Below, piece after piece: positions 12,253-25,415 of a stretch of DNA of 64,000 bases (positions are counted from its first letter, which is position 1; every line of letters begins with the position of its first letter). This stretch comes from Eledone cirrhosa (lineage: Eukaryota): positions 48,236,001-48,300,000 of the forward strand of contig OZ024747.1 of assembly GCA_964016885.1 (NCBI GenBank). Direction: 5' to 3'. Made by a program: the position numbers and the translations under genes. Below the pieces are notes generated by a model. That model was not told where the DNA came from and did not search any database. It saw only the letters and a list, made by a program, of their open reading frames with translations.

Positions 12253-12801
12253 TATTTATATCTTCTTCATTGAATGACTGAATGGCCATCATCAAAATCA
12301 TTAGAGATTCATTTATCTTCACTTTATTTATTGCTTATACACCAGTGACCTTTAAATGAAGTCAATGATGATGATGATGACGATGAAAGATATTTTCAAT
12401 TAAAATTGTTAGAAGGTAGAAATAGTAGCTCGTTGTAGAAATAGTAGCCTGTTGTTTACTGAAGTGTCATAATAAATATTTTCAGTTGTGTATTGAAACC
12501 ATAACTGTTTATTTATTCAGTAATACTTCAGTAATTCCATAACTACAGCCAGGATTTTTAACAAGTTTTCGAGTAAAGTATTGTTTATTGAAACATCTCA
12601 ATGGCCCTTCACTGAATCGTAACCACTTAACTATGGAAATGTTATAACATATAATTCTTTACATTTATACATGCTTGAATGATTTCCTTGTTAATGTTGC
12701 TATCTACTGAACCATAATTGTATTCTTCTTTTTCTTCTTCCTCTTCTTTCTTTCCCCTGCTCCACCACCACAACCATCATCAACATCATGGCACTAAACA
12801 G

Positions 12802-12958
12802 ACACAAAGGTCAACGAGATTATAAATGTGGAGTCTGTGATTTCTTTGGCTACACTTTCACAGATATACGGAAGCACATTGAGAGGAAACATTCTGACAT
12901 GAAGACTTTGGTTTGTGATAAATGTGGCCAAACTTTCCGGAATGAGAGTTTACTCATT
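12802..12958 (+). CDS. Internal exon of the C2H2 zinc-finger gene
   Basis: CAG acceptor after pyrimidine tract, GTAAGT donor; (R)HKGQRDYKCGVCDFFGYTFTDIRKHIERKHSDMKTLVCDKCGQTFRNESLLI completes the upstream finger in frame. Confidence 0.92.
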
Positions 12959-13109
12959 GTAAGTCTTGGTATCTTTTTGTTTTTGTTTTATTGATATTTT
13001 CCATTTCATTTTATATTTTTCGTGTTCCATTCTTTTATCAGTTTCAGTTGGGCCCCAATTTCAATGAGTTCTAGTCAATTATATCAACCCCTATTACATA
13101 TTCTTGGAA

Positions 13110-13159
<50 letters not shown>

Positions 13160-13165
13160 TATATA

Positions 13166-14050
13166 CAGGGTGCGGACGATATTTGTTTGCAAGATTACTG
13201 TCTAGGAAAAAATAACACAGTAGTTTTATTTTTTAAGATATATTTATCAAACTTGGGTCAGTTTGTCTTCATGACTTGTTCTTTCGATCTCACTCGATAA
13301 ACCCGCCATTGGCTTTGATGATGGCCTCAAGGCAGCCTCGGATCCGGCTACAGGCCTTCGTCACTGTCCCCCGACTTAAAGGCACTTGTGATCCTGGCCT
13401 TCAGATCGTCTTTCGTATTGCAGCTAGATCTGTTGGTGTCTCGTTCCACTGTGCCCCACACAAAGAAGTCAAGAGGTTCACAGTCAGGTGAGCTGGGAGG
13501 CCAGATGTCAGGTGAAGTGTGGTCGACGAAGTTCTCTGACAGCCAGGCTTGGGTCTTTCGGCTGGTATGGCAGGGCACTGAGTCTTGCTGCCACATGTAT
13601 GGCCTACCTGCAGCTACCTGGTCGATCGAGGGCTTTACTACCTTGCTCAGAATGCGGATGTAGCCATCGGTGTTCAGCTTGAGGCCCTCAGGGTAGAAGT
13701 GAGGTGGCATGACGTCACTTTGACTGCTGACGACACCTAAGACCAATGTTGTCGCTGGAAACTTTATCTGCATGACTCTGAGCACGTCTTTGGATGAGAC
13801 AGCGAACCACCTGTTGTTCTGGGAGTTGATCTTCTGGTCCTTATTTGTCCTCCTGGCGCGGATTCCAAGAAGAACTCCGTGTCTTTTCCACAAATTTGGA
13901 GGTTCAAAATTATTCATAATCAATTATTCTGAAAATAAATAATGGAAATATAGTCACTGTTTTTATGAAGACAAGAGTGACAACGGAAGTAAAAAAAATT
14001 TGCATAAAATTAGCAGTTGAAAATTGCGAACAAATATCATCCACACTCTG
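13166..14050 (-). mobile_element. Tc1/mariner-superfamily DD37D (maT) transposon, internally deleted
   Basis: ~27-bp TIRs CAGGGTGCGGACGATATTTGTTTGCAA, TA flanks; ORF 13348..13923 has WQQD and SPDCEPLD with 37 residues between the last two Asp. Confidence 0.9.
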
Positions 14051-14439
14051 TAACTTCTACAGCTTTAACCGATTTTCTTCAAATTTGGCACAAACATGCG
14101 TTATCCTCCTGACCTTCATACAAACTTATTACATTTTCAAATTTGTGTCTACTGCGCCCTCTATAAGAGAAAAACTGACTTAAAAAAATCATTTTTAAAC
14201 ACACAGAGGGAGAGTTAGAAAGAGGGAGATAGGCCGTTATACAGACAGAGATACAATTAAAGTATTAGATATTCCAAGAGAGAGAAAGAGTGATGTCCCA
14301 CACCGGCTTAAACTATAGATCAGAGTATATCAATTGAAGGTTTAACAATAAGTCGTTTTACAGTCTTTGATTTTACAGAACAAAGAAAAATTGAAATTAT
14401 TTGAAATTATTGTTGCAAACATGTGAATTGTTAATCCTT

Positions 14440-15890
14440 CGTATTTGTGGTTCAAGTACAGAGATGATCTTTCTGAGGATTTTAAACGTCTGGCACAACT
14501 GCAGTACCCTGACATGGAAGGTACCAGCGATGAGGTCTCCAACAGAGCACTGATTGACATTGAAGACAGGATTGTTTCACTTGGTGGAAATGATTTGCCC
14601 ACATATGGCCTGCCCCAAACATTCTGAACAGGGTCAAATGTACTTCCCACAGCCATCCTACGACATTGATGCTCTTTCCCAATATGTTATCGACACTGAA
14701 CCACAACTGCTTCCGAACCAACAACCGACTTACAGCACTATTATCGACCATGTGCGCCACCAAAAAGGAGGTATCTTCTTTCTGGAGGGACAGGAAAACA
14801 TTTGTAACGAAGCTCCTCCTTGCAAAAGTTAGGCAACATGGGGATATCGCGGTAGCTGTTGCCTCCTCTGGGGTTGTTGCTACTTTGCTGCCCGGTGGCA
14901 GCACAGCGCACTCGACTTTTAAACTCCCCCTGAATTTAGCAACATCTGAAACGCCTACCCTGCAACATCAGTAAAAACTCAGACCAGGGTCAGGTCCTCA
15001 AACGGTGTCATCTCATTGTGTGGGATGAGTGCACCATGGCCCACAAAGGAGCTCTGGAAGCAGTAGATAAAACCCTTAAAGATATCAGAGATTGTCATGC
15101 TCCAATGGGAGGTGTAATGCTTCTGTTGTCTGGTGATTTCAGACAGACTCTTCCTGTCATTCCCAAAGGTACCAGAGCAGATGAAGTCCAGACGTGCCTT
15201 AAATCCTCTCCATTTTGGCGACACGTTACGACCTCTGACTCTTACCACTAACATCAGAGTTCAACTACACGGTGACGACATGTCCGCCAGGATTACACAG
15301 GACATTTTGACACTTGGCGATGGCAAGGTACCTCTCGACGCTGCCGGAGAAATGGACGTCTGGCCATTTTGTACCATTGTTAATTCTGTGGAGGAGCTGA
15401 AAGAGCAAGTGTTGACAGAAAATTACCAAAATCACAATTGGCTGTGCGAAAGAGCAATAATGGCTCCAAAAAACATTGCTGTTAATAAACTCAACGAACA
15501 CTTAATGCTGTCTCTTCCAGGAAATCTTCACACTTACAAGTCTGTCGACAATCTCGGATCACAATGAAATGGTGAACTAACCTCGTGAATTTCTCAATTC
15601 ATTGGAGCCCCACATATTAGGACTTAAAGTTGGAACTCCTGTAATGCTGATTAGGAATCTAGATCTGCCAAGACTGTGCAATGGGACATGACTGGTGGTA
15701 AAGAAAATGATGTCACATGTTATCGAGGCAACAATTCTTTCTGGATGTGGAAAAGGTGATGACGTCTTCATTCCAAGAATCCCTCTCACTCCATCAGGAG
15801 CAGAAATTATCTTTTCATTCAGACGTCTGCAATTTCCAATTCGTGTCAACTTTGCAATGTCCATTAACAAATCCCAATGTCAGGCCCTGT
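14440..15890 (+). mobile_element. Helitron Rep/Hel relic (PIF1-like helicase, many frameshifts)
   Basis: Motifs AVASSGVVATLLPGGSTAHSTFKLP, WDECTM, GDFRQTLPV, RAIMAPKN, FIPRIPL, RRLQFPIRVNFAMSINKSQ. Confidence 0.9.
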
Positions 15891-16128
15891 TTACGAATCT
15901 TATTGTTACGAATCTGAATAATTCAGCTAGTATATAACTAAAAAAACAGTTATCGCTCTACATGGCTGAATACAATAAATGTAACATTAGTGACTGCAAT
16001 TCTGTTTACATGCCAACACAAGAGCAAGAATGAGGGGCTCATTCTACTGACATGGCTTGAAAGAGGCTTGTTTGCATAATTGTAAACAAATCAAATATTA
16101 TTATTAATATTCGATAAACTCAGATTAC

Positions 16129-16220
<92 letters not shown>

Positions 16221-16488
16221 AGAGCGAGGGAGAGAGAGAGTTTAATAACAATATCATTAAAAGAATTTCTTATATTAATAATCAAGACTCTGGTAATCTG
16301 CTTTCTATATTATTTTTTATATTAATTTATATATAATAAAAATGTGGTAGGTCTTATTTTCGGGGTAGGGTTTATAAAAGGGGAAAAATGGTACTACAAC
16401 TATTATCATTTCTCTATTCACTAACCAAATGTTGTTTGTTTATCTATGTTTATTACTCTCATCTCTGTCTTCTCTCACCTGTGATTAG

Positions 16489-16690
16489 GAACATCAAAAG
16501 CAGAAGTGTGAAGAGACGATGATTGAGCAGGCATTAACCATTGCCACATCAACGGGGACAACAGAGGCTCGTATCCAGATCCCTACTTCCTTGTCTGTTG
16601 ATGGCCAACACATCACTATAGGGGCTCAGCAGATACCTATGGTCACAGCACAGCAGATGAACATCACTGTGGAACAGCTTAACCTTACAG
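16489..16690 (+). CDS. Internal exon of the zinc-finger gene (finishes a C2HC finger, EHQKQKC...)
   Basis: Pyrimidine tract plus TAG acceptor, GTAAGT donor, 202 nt open frame; phases match both neighbours. Confidence 0.85.
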
Positions 16691-16704
16691 GTAAGTAATA
16701 GCTA

Positions 16705-17340
16705 TAGTGGTGGTGGTATGTTGATGGTGGTGGTATGGTGGTGATGGTATGGGGTTATGGTGGTAATAGTGGTGGTGGTGGTATGTTGATGGTGGTGGTG
16801 GCAAGGTGGTGGTGGTGGTGGTGGTATGTTGAAGGTGGTGGTGGTATGTTGATGGTGGTGGTATGGTGGTGATGGTATGGGGTTATGGTGGTAATAGTGG
16901 TGGTGGTGGTATGTTGATGGTGGTGGTGGTATGTTGAAGGTGGTGGTGGTATGGTGATGGTGGTGGTATGGTGGTGATGGTATGGGGTTATGGTGGTAAT
17001 AGTGGTGGTGGTGGTGGTATGTTGATGGTGGTGGTGGCAAGGTGGTGGTGGTGGTGGTGGTATGTTGAAGGTGGTGGTGGTATGGTGATGGTGGTGGTAT
17101 GGTGGTGATGGTATGGGGTTATGGTGGTAATAGTGGTGGTGGTGGTATGTTGATGGTGGTGATGGTGGTGGTTTGGTAATGGCAGTGGTGGTGGTGATAG
17201 TGGTGGTAGTGGTCACTGGTGGTGGTATAGTGCTGGTATGGTGGTGTGGTATGGTAGTAGATTGGTAGTGGTGGTGGAGGTATTGATGGTGGTACTGATG
17301 ATGTTTGTGGTGTTGGTTGTGATGGTGCTGGTACTGATGA
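16705..17340. repeat. (GGT)n-based compound repeat with higher-order units
   Basis: Direct inspection. Confidence 0.9.
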
Positions 17341-17394
17341 TCTATTTGTTTGTCTCTTCTGTGGTTCATTTTATCTTAGTTTCTCCCATTCACT

Positions 17395-18030
17395 TGTCTG
17401 TCTGTCTATATGTTTGCCTGCTTGCTTGCCTGCCTGCCTGTCTGCTTGCCTGCCTGCCTGTCTGCTTGCCTGCCTGCCTGTCTGTCTGCTTGCCTGCCTG
17501 CCTGTCTGCTTGCCTGCCTGCCTGTCTGCTTGCCTGCCTGCCTGTCTGCTTGTCTTTCTGTCTGTATGCCTGTCTGTCTGCCCGCCTGTCTGCCTGTCTG
17601 TCTGCCTGTCTGTCTGCCTGTCTGCCGGCTTGCCTGTCTGCCGGCTTGCCTGCCTGCCTGTTTGTTTGTTTGTCTGTCTGTCTGCCTGCCCGCCTGACTG
17701 TCTGTCTGTATGCCTGCCTGTCTGCCTGTCTGTCTGTCTGCCCGTCTGTCTGTCTGTCTGTCTGTCTGTCTGCCTGCCTGCCGGCTCGCCTGCCTGCCTG
17801 TTTGTTTGTCTGTCTGCCTGCCTGCCTGTCTGTCTGCCTGTCTGTTTGCTCGCCTGTCTGTCTGTCTGACTGTCTGTCTGTCTGCCCGTCTGTCTGTCTG
17901 CCTGTCTGCCGGCTTGCCTGCCTGCCTGTTTGTTTGTTTGTCTGTCTGCCTGTCTGTTTGCCCGTCTGTCTGTCTGACTGTCTGTCTGCCTGTCCGCCTG
18001 CCTGTCTGTCCGTCTGTCTGCCTGCCTGCT
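17395..18030. repeat. (CTGT/CTGC)n tetranucleotide repeat
   Basis: Direct inspection. Confidence 0.93.
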
Positions 18031-18101
18031 TCCCTCCCTCTCCTCTGTCTGTCTATCTGTGTGTCTTCCTTTGGATAACTCTGTCCTCCTTTCACTTGCA
18101 G

Positions 18102-19003
18102 GAGACCCAGAAGATGGTGAAATCACGCTGGCCGAAAGCAACCCGATGGGTGGTGCTGAAATAGCAGTTGCCTCTCAGACAACAGAACAATTTGGGGACA
18201 TAGGTGAGGACCCAGGCTGTGTACTGACAGAAGGGACAGAGGCAGTAGAAGGAGGGGAAACTGAAGAGAGCCAAGAGGATGTAACAGAGAGGGTGCTTGA
18301 TGTGAAGGAGCTTGAACAGAATCTGATAGAGAACCTGATGATGACAAAGCACCACATTGCTGTGCCTATGAGCAAGGTGATGACGTCTGATGGACATGTG
18401 ACGTTTGTCAACAGTGATGTGATGACCACGTCAGTGATGACACCAACAACATCTATTGTCGGACAGTCGCTGTCTGAGCTTACGGAAGGGGTTGTGCAGG
18501 GTTCAGGTTTAACACTGGGTCTGCAGGTTGAAGAGGCAACGGTAGAATCAACTGAAGCAACTGTAGCAACAGAAGCAGCAACAACAGAAACAGAAACAGA
18601 AACAGAAACAACAATACTAGCAACAGCAGCAGCTCTAGCAACAGAGACACCAACGTTAACAACAACAACAGCAACAACACCATCAGCTTCAGAAGCAATA
18701 ATGCATGCAGTTGCAGAAGTAACAACAACAACAACAGCAGCAGCAGCAACAACAACAACATCAACAACACCAGAAGTTGAAGAAGCAATAGCAATGACAG
18801 CAGCAAAAGTTGAATACACAACAACAACAACAACAACAACAACAATAACTGCAGCAGTAGAACAATCAGAATCTGCAGCTATGAATGAAACAATGAACCA
18901 ACAGCAGCAAATTACTGTACTAGCATCTGAGGATGTTGCCTTAACTGATCTTGACACTTCGTCTGCTGATGGTGAGCCTGCTGCTAACTTGGTCATCAGT
19001 TGA
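18102..19003 (+). CDS. Terminal coding exon of the zinc-finger gene (acidic, Thr/Ala-rich low-complexity tail)
   Basis: TTGCAG acceptor, phase 1 join (G/GA), open frame to TGA 19001-19003 (ORF 18059..19003). Confidence 0.85.
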
Positions 19004-19134
19004 TGACACTGGACATCATTTAGACTCCCTCCTTCACCTATCCTATCATCTACCCATTGTTCATTACAAACTCCACCCTAGCTTAATCCTATGTTTATCT
19101 CTATCACCTGTCTCTGATTCATGAACTTGTCAGC

Positions 19135-19665
19135 TAGTCAACTAGCAAACCAGCCAGCTAGCAATCCAGCCAGCCAGCCAGGCAGCTAGCAAACCAGCCA
19201 GCCAGCCAGCTAGCAAGCCAGCAAGCCAGCAAGCCAGCCAGCCAGCTAGCAAGCCAGCCAGCCAGCCAGGCAGCTAGCAAACCAGCCAGCTAGCAAGCCA
19301 GCAAGCCAGCCAGCCAGCTAGCAAGCCAGCCAGCCAGCCAACTAGCAAACCAGCCAGCCAGGCAGCAAGCCAGCAAGCCAGCAAGCCAGCAAGCCAGCCA
19401 GCCAGCCAGCTAGCAAGCCAGCCAGCCAGCTAGCAAGCCAGCCAGCCAGGCAACTAGCAAACCAGCCAGCCAGCTAGCTAGTCATCCAGCCAGTCATCCA
19501 GCCAGGCAGCTAGCCAGCCAGGCAGCTTGCCAGCCAGCCAGCCAGCCAACCAGCTAGCAAGCCAGCTAGAAAGCCAGCCAGACAGGCAGCTAGCCAGCCA
19601 GGCAGCCAGCCAGCCAACCAGCCAACCAGCCTGCTAGCCAGGCAGCCAGCCAGCTAGCCAACCAA
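19135..19665. repeat. (AGCC/AGCT/AGCA)n compound repeat downstream of the stop codon
   Basis: Direct inspection. Confidence 0.9.
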
Positions 19666-20109
19666 ACCACTCAACTAATGTCATGTATCATCAGGTCATT
19701 TGGGATGTTCTGCTGGGCTGTTTTGTGACACCTGACACCAGGAAGTCATCTGCTGTGTCACATTGAGCACTAGCTCTGTTTTTGTGTGACAGCTGACTTC
19801 AGGCTATAGTCTGCTGTCTTACATCTATGGCACTATTGTGTGACAGATGACATCAGATTACTGCCTCTGTTGTGTGACATCTGGAATTAAGCCACTATCT
19901 CTATTGTGTGACAATTGACACCAGATCTGTTTTTGTTGTTGGGGCACTAGATTGTTCCTGTAGTGTGATAGCTGGCATCAGACTTATTGTCTCTGTTGTG
20001 GGACATCTGCCAAATCAGTCTCTGTTATGTGGCATCTGCCAGATCAGTGTCTGTTATGTGACATCTGCCAGATCAGTATCTGTTGTGTGGATCTGCCAGA
20101 TCAATTTCT

Positions 20110-20480
20110 GTTGTGTGACATCTGACACCAGACTATTGCATCTGTTGTGTGACATCTGGTACTAGACTATTGCATCTGTAGTCTGACATCTGATACTAGA
20201 CTATTGCATCTGTTGTGTGATCTCTGACATCAGACTATTGCATCTGTTCTGTGAGATTTGATACAAGACTATTGCATCTGTTGTGTGACATCTGATACTA
20301 GACTATTGCATCTACTGTGTGACATCTGGTACTAGACTATTGCATCTGTTGTGTGACATCTGATACTAGACTATTACATCTGTTGTGTGACATCTGACGC
20401 CAGACTATTGCATCTGTTCTTTGAGATTTGATACTAGACTATTGCATCTGTTGTGTGACAAATGATACTAAACTATTGCA
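20110..20480. repeat. 34-bp minisatellite (TCTGATACTAGACTATTGCATCTGTTGTGTGACA), degenerate units back to ~19720
   Basis: About 11 tandem units without spacers. Confidence 0.9.
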
Positions 20481-21142
20481 TCTGCTGTGTGAGATCTGGT
20501 ACTAGACTATTGCATCTGTTATCAGAGGGTGATAACTATTGTGCATCACACACATCTTTAATTGGCATAATTGCATGTCTGTAACTCTAAAAGTGGGTGC
20601 CAGTGTCTTGTCTCTAATCCTTAATTAGGGTGTCACTATTTTGGTTTGTAACTCTTAAATCTAGTATTAGCTGGCTCCAGCCTGTTGTCTGTAGCTACTA
20701 ATACAGTTGTCACTAATATTCTGTTGCTGGTACCATACAGTTGCTTCACTAATTTTATGGAGCTAGTGCCATGCAATTGTCACCGGTCATCTGTCTACAA
20801 CCAGTATTTGTTTATTGCTCTCTATCAAAATTGTATTATAAAATTAAAATATATGAATATATTCTTTAGTGTTTTGGTTATTTAAAAAAAATTGATATCA
20901 TTCATGTATTCATGAGTTTTATATCGAATAATGATATTTGCTTTGTTTGCAAACAAACAGCCTCATAATGCTATGTTTTTCAAAAATTATTATTAGATAT
21001 AAAATTCACGAATACATTTTACGTTATCTGCTGTGTTAGAGTGAAAAATCAAATTCTAATTTTGATATTTTGACTGTTGGCTACTTCATGTGTGATGGAA
21101 GTGATTCCTTCCATTTTCAGGGATCTCTGGGAGAAATGTTGA

Positions 21143-21520
21143 CCCTTTTGTTACCATATTTCTAAGGAATTACACTATCTTTCCAGGAATTTTGGATAAT
21201 TAGAAATTTGGAAATATTTATTTAAAAAAAAGGCAAAATGTTTTATTAATAACTTGCTTGGAAATAACTGAATAAAAATATTCTGACATAAAATTATGAT
21301 GGGAGGTTTTAATTTAATCCTTTTGATACCAGCGTATCTAAAACTGTCCCTGGTTCTATGAAATAGATCACCCACTTTAAAGGGTTCATATTTACATTTA
21401 AAACTTCCAACAGTATTTAAGTTGTTCCAACTGTTACAATAATGAAATAATTTTAGAAATCCCTTTGTTAATTAAATGAAATACAGTATCTTTCATTAGA
21501 AATAGGATCATCAAAGGGTT
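21143..21520. mobile_element. Degenerate piggyBac-like MITE
   Basis: TTGA-CCCTTTTG...CAAAGGG-TTAA termini. Confidence 0.5.
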
Positions 21521-21589
21521 AAAGACGAACACTCTAAAAAGATATATATGTATAATTTTTATCATAGAAACAGAAGTGATCTCAGGTAG

Positions 21590-22065
21590 TAGGTGTGTAG
21601 CATCATGGTTAGGGCATAGGCTCCTGATTGTAAGGTCGTGAGTTCAATTTTCAGACCAGGCAACCACTGTCATTGAGCAAGACACTTTATTTGATGCTGC
21701 TCCAGTCGATTTAGCTGGCAAAAATGAATTGTACCTGTAATTCACTGAATTTCCCTGAGAAATATGTTAAGGGTGCACGCGTCTGGAATGTTCAACCACT
21801 TTAACCCTTTAGCATTCACATTACTCTATATATACTATTATATTTTCATGGTAAAGGCTTTACCTCGCATAATTATCTCACATAATATCGAATCTATGAG
21901 ATTTTGAAAGTTTTTATTTTGAGAACAATACCTTAACATCAGTATGAGCGACCAGTTACAGCCAGTTTCAACAGAATTCTGGCCGGTTTGAACACTAAAG
22001 GGTTAATGTTAATTTCATGAGCTGGCAGTTCTGTTGATTGAATCAACTAGAGCATTTGTTGTCAT
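21590..22065 (+). mobile_element. tRNA-derived SINE interrupted by a piggyBac-like MITE
   Basis: Pol III A/B-box-like head (TGGTTAGG...GAGTTCAATT); homologous to 35745-36046; resumes after 22006. Confidence 0.7.
21805..22002. mobile_element. piggyBac-like MITE
   Basis: TTAA on both sides; TIRs CCCTTTAGCATTCA / TGAACACTAAAGGG. Confidence 0.82.
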
Positions 22066-22300
22066 AAACAATGGAGGTCTAACAACTGCTTCATTGCACA
22101 GATGCTGTGAAGGGACATCACTATGTGTGATGGAACTGATTTCTTTCCGTTTGCAAAGAACTCTGGGTGAAATGTTAATAGAATGTTTTATTGCAAAGCT
22201 CGAGTGATGACTCAAGGGGGACTAGCCATCATGTTAATGGGTTATGTCCCTTGTCAAGCCAAATAAAAATATTCCAGGCTATATAACGATTCTTTTTTTT

Positions 22301-22600
22301 CTTTCACTGGTTTAAGTTACTAGACTGTGGCCATGTGGGAGCACCACCTTCTTTCACTGGTTTCACTCATTAGACTGTGGCCATGATGGAGCACCACTTT
22401 CTTTCACTGGTTTCACTCATTAGACTGTGGCCATGATGGAGCACCATCTTCTTTCACTGGTTTCACTCATTAGACTGTGGCCATGATGGAGCACCACCTT
22501 CTTTCACTGGTTTCACTCATTAGACTGTGGCCATGATGGAGCACCATCTTCTTTCACTGGTTTCACTCATTAGACTGTGGCCATGCTGGAGCACCACATT
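22301..22600. repeat. Six tandem 50-bp copies of a SINE terminal segment
   Basis: Period exactly 50 (CTTTCACTGG at 22301, 22351 ... 22551); the last unit runs on into a minus-strand SINE body to ~22700. Confidence 0.88.
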
Positions 22601-22759
22601 GAAGGGATTTACTCAATTATATTGAATCCAGTACTTATTTTTTAAATTTAAGTCTGGTGCTTATTTCATCAATCTCTATTAGTCTAACCGCTATGTTACA
22701 CAGCATAAACAGACATGCATCCAATATGGATACATATATGCATGCATACATACATACAT

Positions 22760-25105
22760 ACAGAAGAATTACAACCACAATGCAGTGTGCCTAAAAGAAA
22801 TCCAAAAGAACTATTGCTCCTACACTACAACAAAAACATACGAAATAAATGAGGATACCCTTGAGACTGTGATAGGAAAACACCAGGAATAGACATGATA
22901 GTCGGCGACTGGTTAAAAAATACTGATATTCTATCGGAGGTATCTTATCGACCTCTACCAACAAGTTCTCAAGGGAGACACACATATACCAGAATGGTTG
23001 ACATTAGCACAAACGATACTGGTTCCCAAGAACAAAGACACCCACTTGGCACAAATCTACCGACCCATTGCATGCCAGAACCTGATGTATAAGTTGTATA
23101 CAGCCTGCCTGAACCTATTCCTCCAAGATCACTGTGAAAATAATAACATCATCACAGATGAACAAGCAGCTGGAAAGAAAGGTGTTTGGGGTGTGCTGAA
23201 CAACTCCTAATCAACAAAACTGCGATGTTGGAGGTGCGACAACTTAGGAGGAATATGGCTATAGTCTGGCTGGACTACAGGAAAGCTTTTGATTCTGTTC
23301 CCCACTCTTGGATGATAGAGGCCCTCTGACTTGTTAAAGTCCCAGTCATTATTATCAGAGCCACAGAGAAGCTGTCTTCTTCTTGGGCTACTATCCTAAA
23401 GTTAAAGACAGAGAAGGAGGACTCTATTTTCACTGATAAAATAAAATATTGCAGGGGTATATTTCAGGGAGACAGTCTCTGTGATATTATTCATCCTGTC
23501 ATTAAACTCCTTGTACTTTCTGCTCAAGAAATGTGAGGGATACATCATTGGCTCACAGGAGGACAGAAATACAAACTTAACCCATCATTTCTTTGTGGGT
23601 GATCTGAAACTCTATGCAAAGAACATAGATGGGATGAAGAAAAATCTTGACCTGGTTACAACATTCTCAAAGGATATAGGAATGGAGTTTGGCCAAGATA
23701 AATGCTCATATATGACTGTAAAGCGGGGAAAAACAACAACCCAATCTAGCAACATTTTTATCAATGGCCTAACTGTTTCACCGATATCTGATGAGGACTG
23801 CTACAGATACCTGGTGATAGATGAGAACATATCCTATAATGGTATCTGTAATAAGGAATGCATAACCAGGGAATATTACACCTGATTAAGAAAAATATGG
23901 TCATTAGAACTGTCTGTGCACAATAAAACAGTAGCTTACAGTGTGTTTGCTGCGCCTGTCCTAACACCAACGTTTGAAATACTTGATTGGATGATAGATG
24001 AAATCTGAACAATTGATGTTGGAACTCGAAAAATACTAAACAACACCGGAAACTTCCACATCAACAGTGACATAGACCACCTCTACTTGAAATATAAACA
24101 GGGAGGCAGAGGCCTAACATCAGTCCAGTACGTATTTGAGTGTCGCATCATATCCCTCCGACAACATTTACGAACCTCCAAGTGTAGGAGCACATTTATT
24201 GAGCAAGTCTGCCTGAGACAGATAAGATCATGAGAGTTGGGAAGGAACTCCTTGAAATATACTCCCTGCATGATAATCAAAACCTCACACCCAGGGAAAT
24301 TGCCCAGCAGTACCGCAGTGAATTCAAGGATGAAAAACTGCATGCCTATGAGCAAAAAATCATGCATAGACATGTTGCCAGGAAGTTCCAGAGTGAGAGT
24401 AATATAGATCAGCAAAGTACTCTATCTTGGACCAACAACTGCTATATTGGCTCCCACTTTGAAGGATATGCTTTTACTATCCAAGGAAAGGAAATCAACA
24501 CAAAATACCTGATTCACAAAAGAGATAGAGATGCAGGCAAAACACCTAGATGTGACAACAAGTGCAGACTCTGCAGAATTAACATTGAAGATGTCACCCA
24601 TGTCCAAAGATGTCAACACTACTATCTACCTATGAGGCATGATGTAGTGGAGAAAACACTATGTAATGCAATCCGTAGAAAAGATGGCCCCGGCAATAAC
24701 TGCATTAAAAGCTACAGCAATGTGGAAGACATACATATACAAAATATGAAAGAGTACTGGTGAAATGTTCCAGTAAAAACCCCAATAAAATGCAGACATA
24801 ACAGACCAGATATTATGATATGGGACAGGGAAAAGAAGGCATGCACAGTAGTGGAAGTTAGCTGCCCAGCAGATGCGAATATAATATTAAAGATCAGCGA
24901 AAAGGATAATATCTATGCAGAACTGATGAGAAATCTACAGATACTCCACCCTGACTATACCTTCAGATTTATACCTGTCATTATTGAGGCACTGGGATAT
25001 GTTAGTAACTGCCCCAATACAGACCTTGAGAAGCTGGGCTTCACAGAAACAGAAAGAACACAACTAGTTAGGAAATTACAAGTACAATCCATGGAACAGT
25101 AAAAA
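22760..25105 (+). mobile_element. R4/Dong-like RLE non-LTR retrotransposon, degenerate
   Basis: YRPIAC, WLDYRKAFDSVPHSW, GIFQGDS, GDLKL, CRLC knuckle, RPDIMIWD..VEVSCPAD nuclease. Confidence 0.85.
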
Positions 25106-25127
25106 TATGTAAAATATATATATATAT

Positions 25128-25318
25128 AGGGCCGTGGTAGAGGGTCGGGCGCCATGCTTTGCAGCATAGAGTTATGGCCCTTTATGATCTGAGTTCAAAT
25201 CCCGCCAAGGTTAACTTTGCCTTTCATCCTTACGGGGTCGATAAAATAAAGTACTGGGGTCGATTTAATCGACTTTTCCCTCCCCCAAATTACTGGCCTT
25301 CTGCCTATACTAGAAATC
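25128..25318 (+). mobile_element. tRNA-derived SINE (GTTCAAATCCCGCC...CTTTGCCTTTCATCC family)
   Basis: B-box; homologous to 41582-41770 and 58950-59137. Confidence 0.8.
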
Positions 25319-25330
25319 ATTATATATATA

Positions 25331-25396
<66 letters not shown>

Positions 25397-25415
25397 AATT
25401 GAATATAAAAGAGAG

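Noticed and set aside
16702-18164. Long ORFs rich in His/Pro/Thr or Cys/Leu/Ser
   Set aside because: Translations of simple repeats inside an intron
18175-18996. 273-aa antisense ORF
   Set aside because: Shadow frame of the low-complexity terminal exon
20110-20480. 34-bp repeats resembling a CRISPR array
   Set aside because: Head-to-tail units without unique spacers, eukaryotic context, no cas genes; same for the 50-bp and 40-bp arrays
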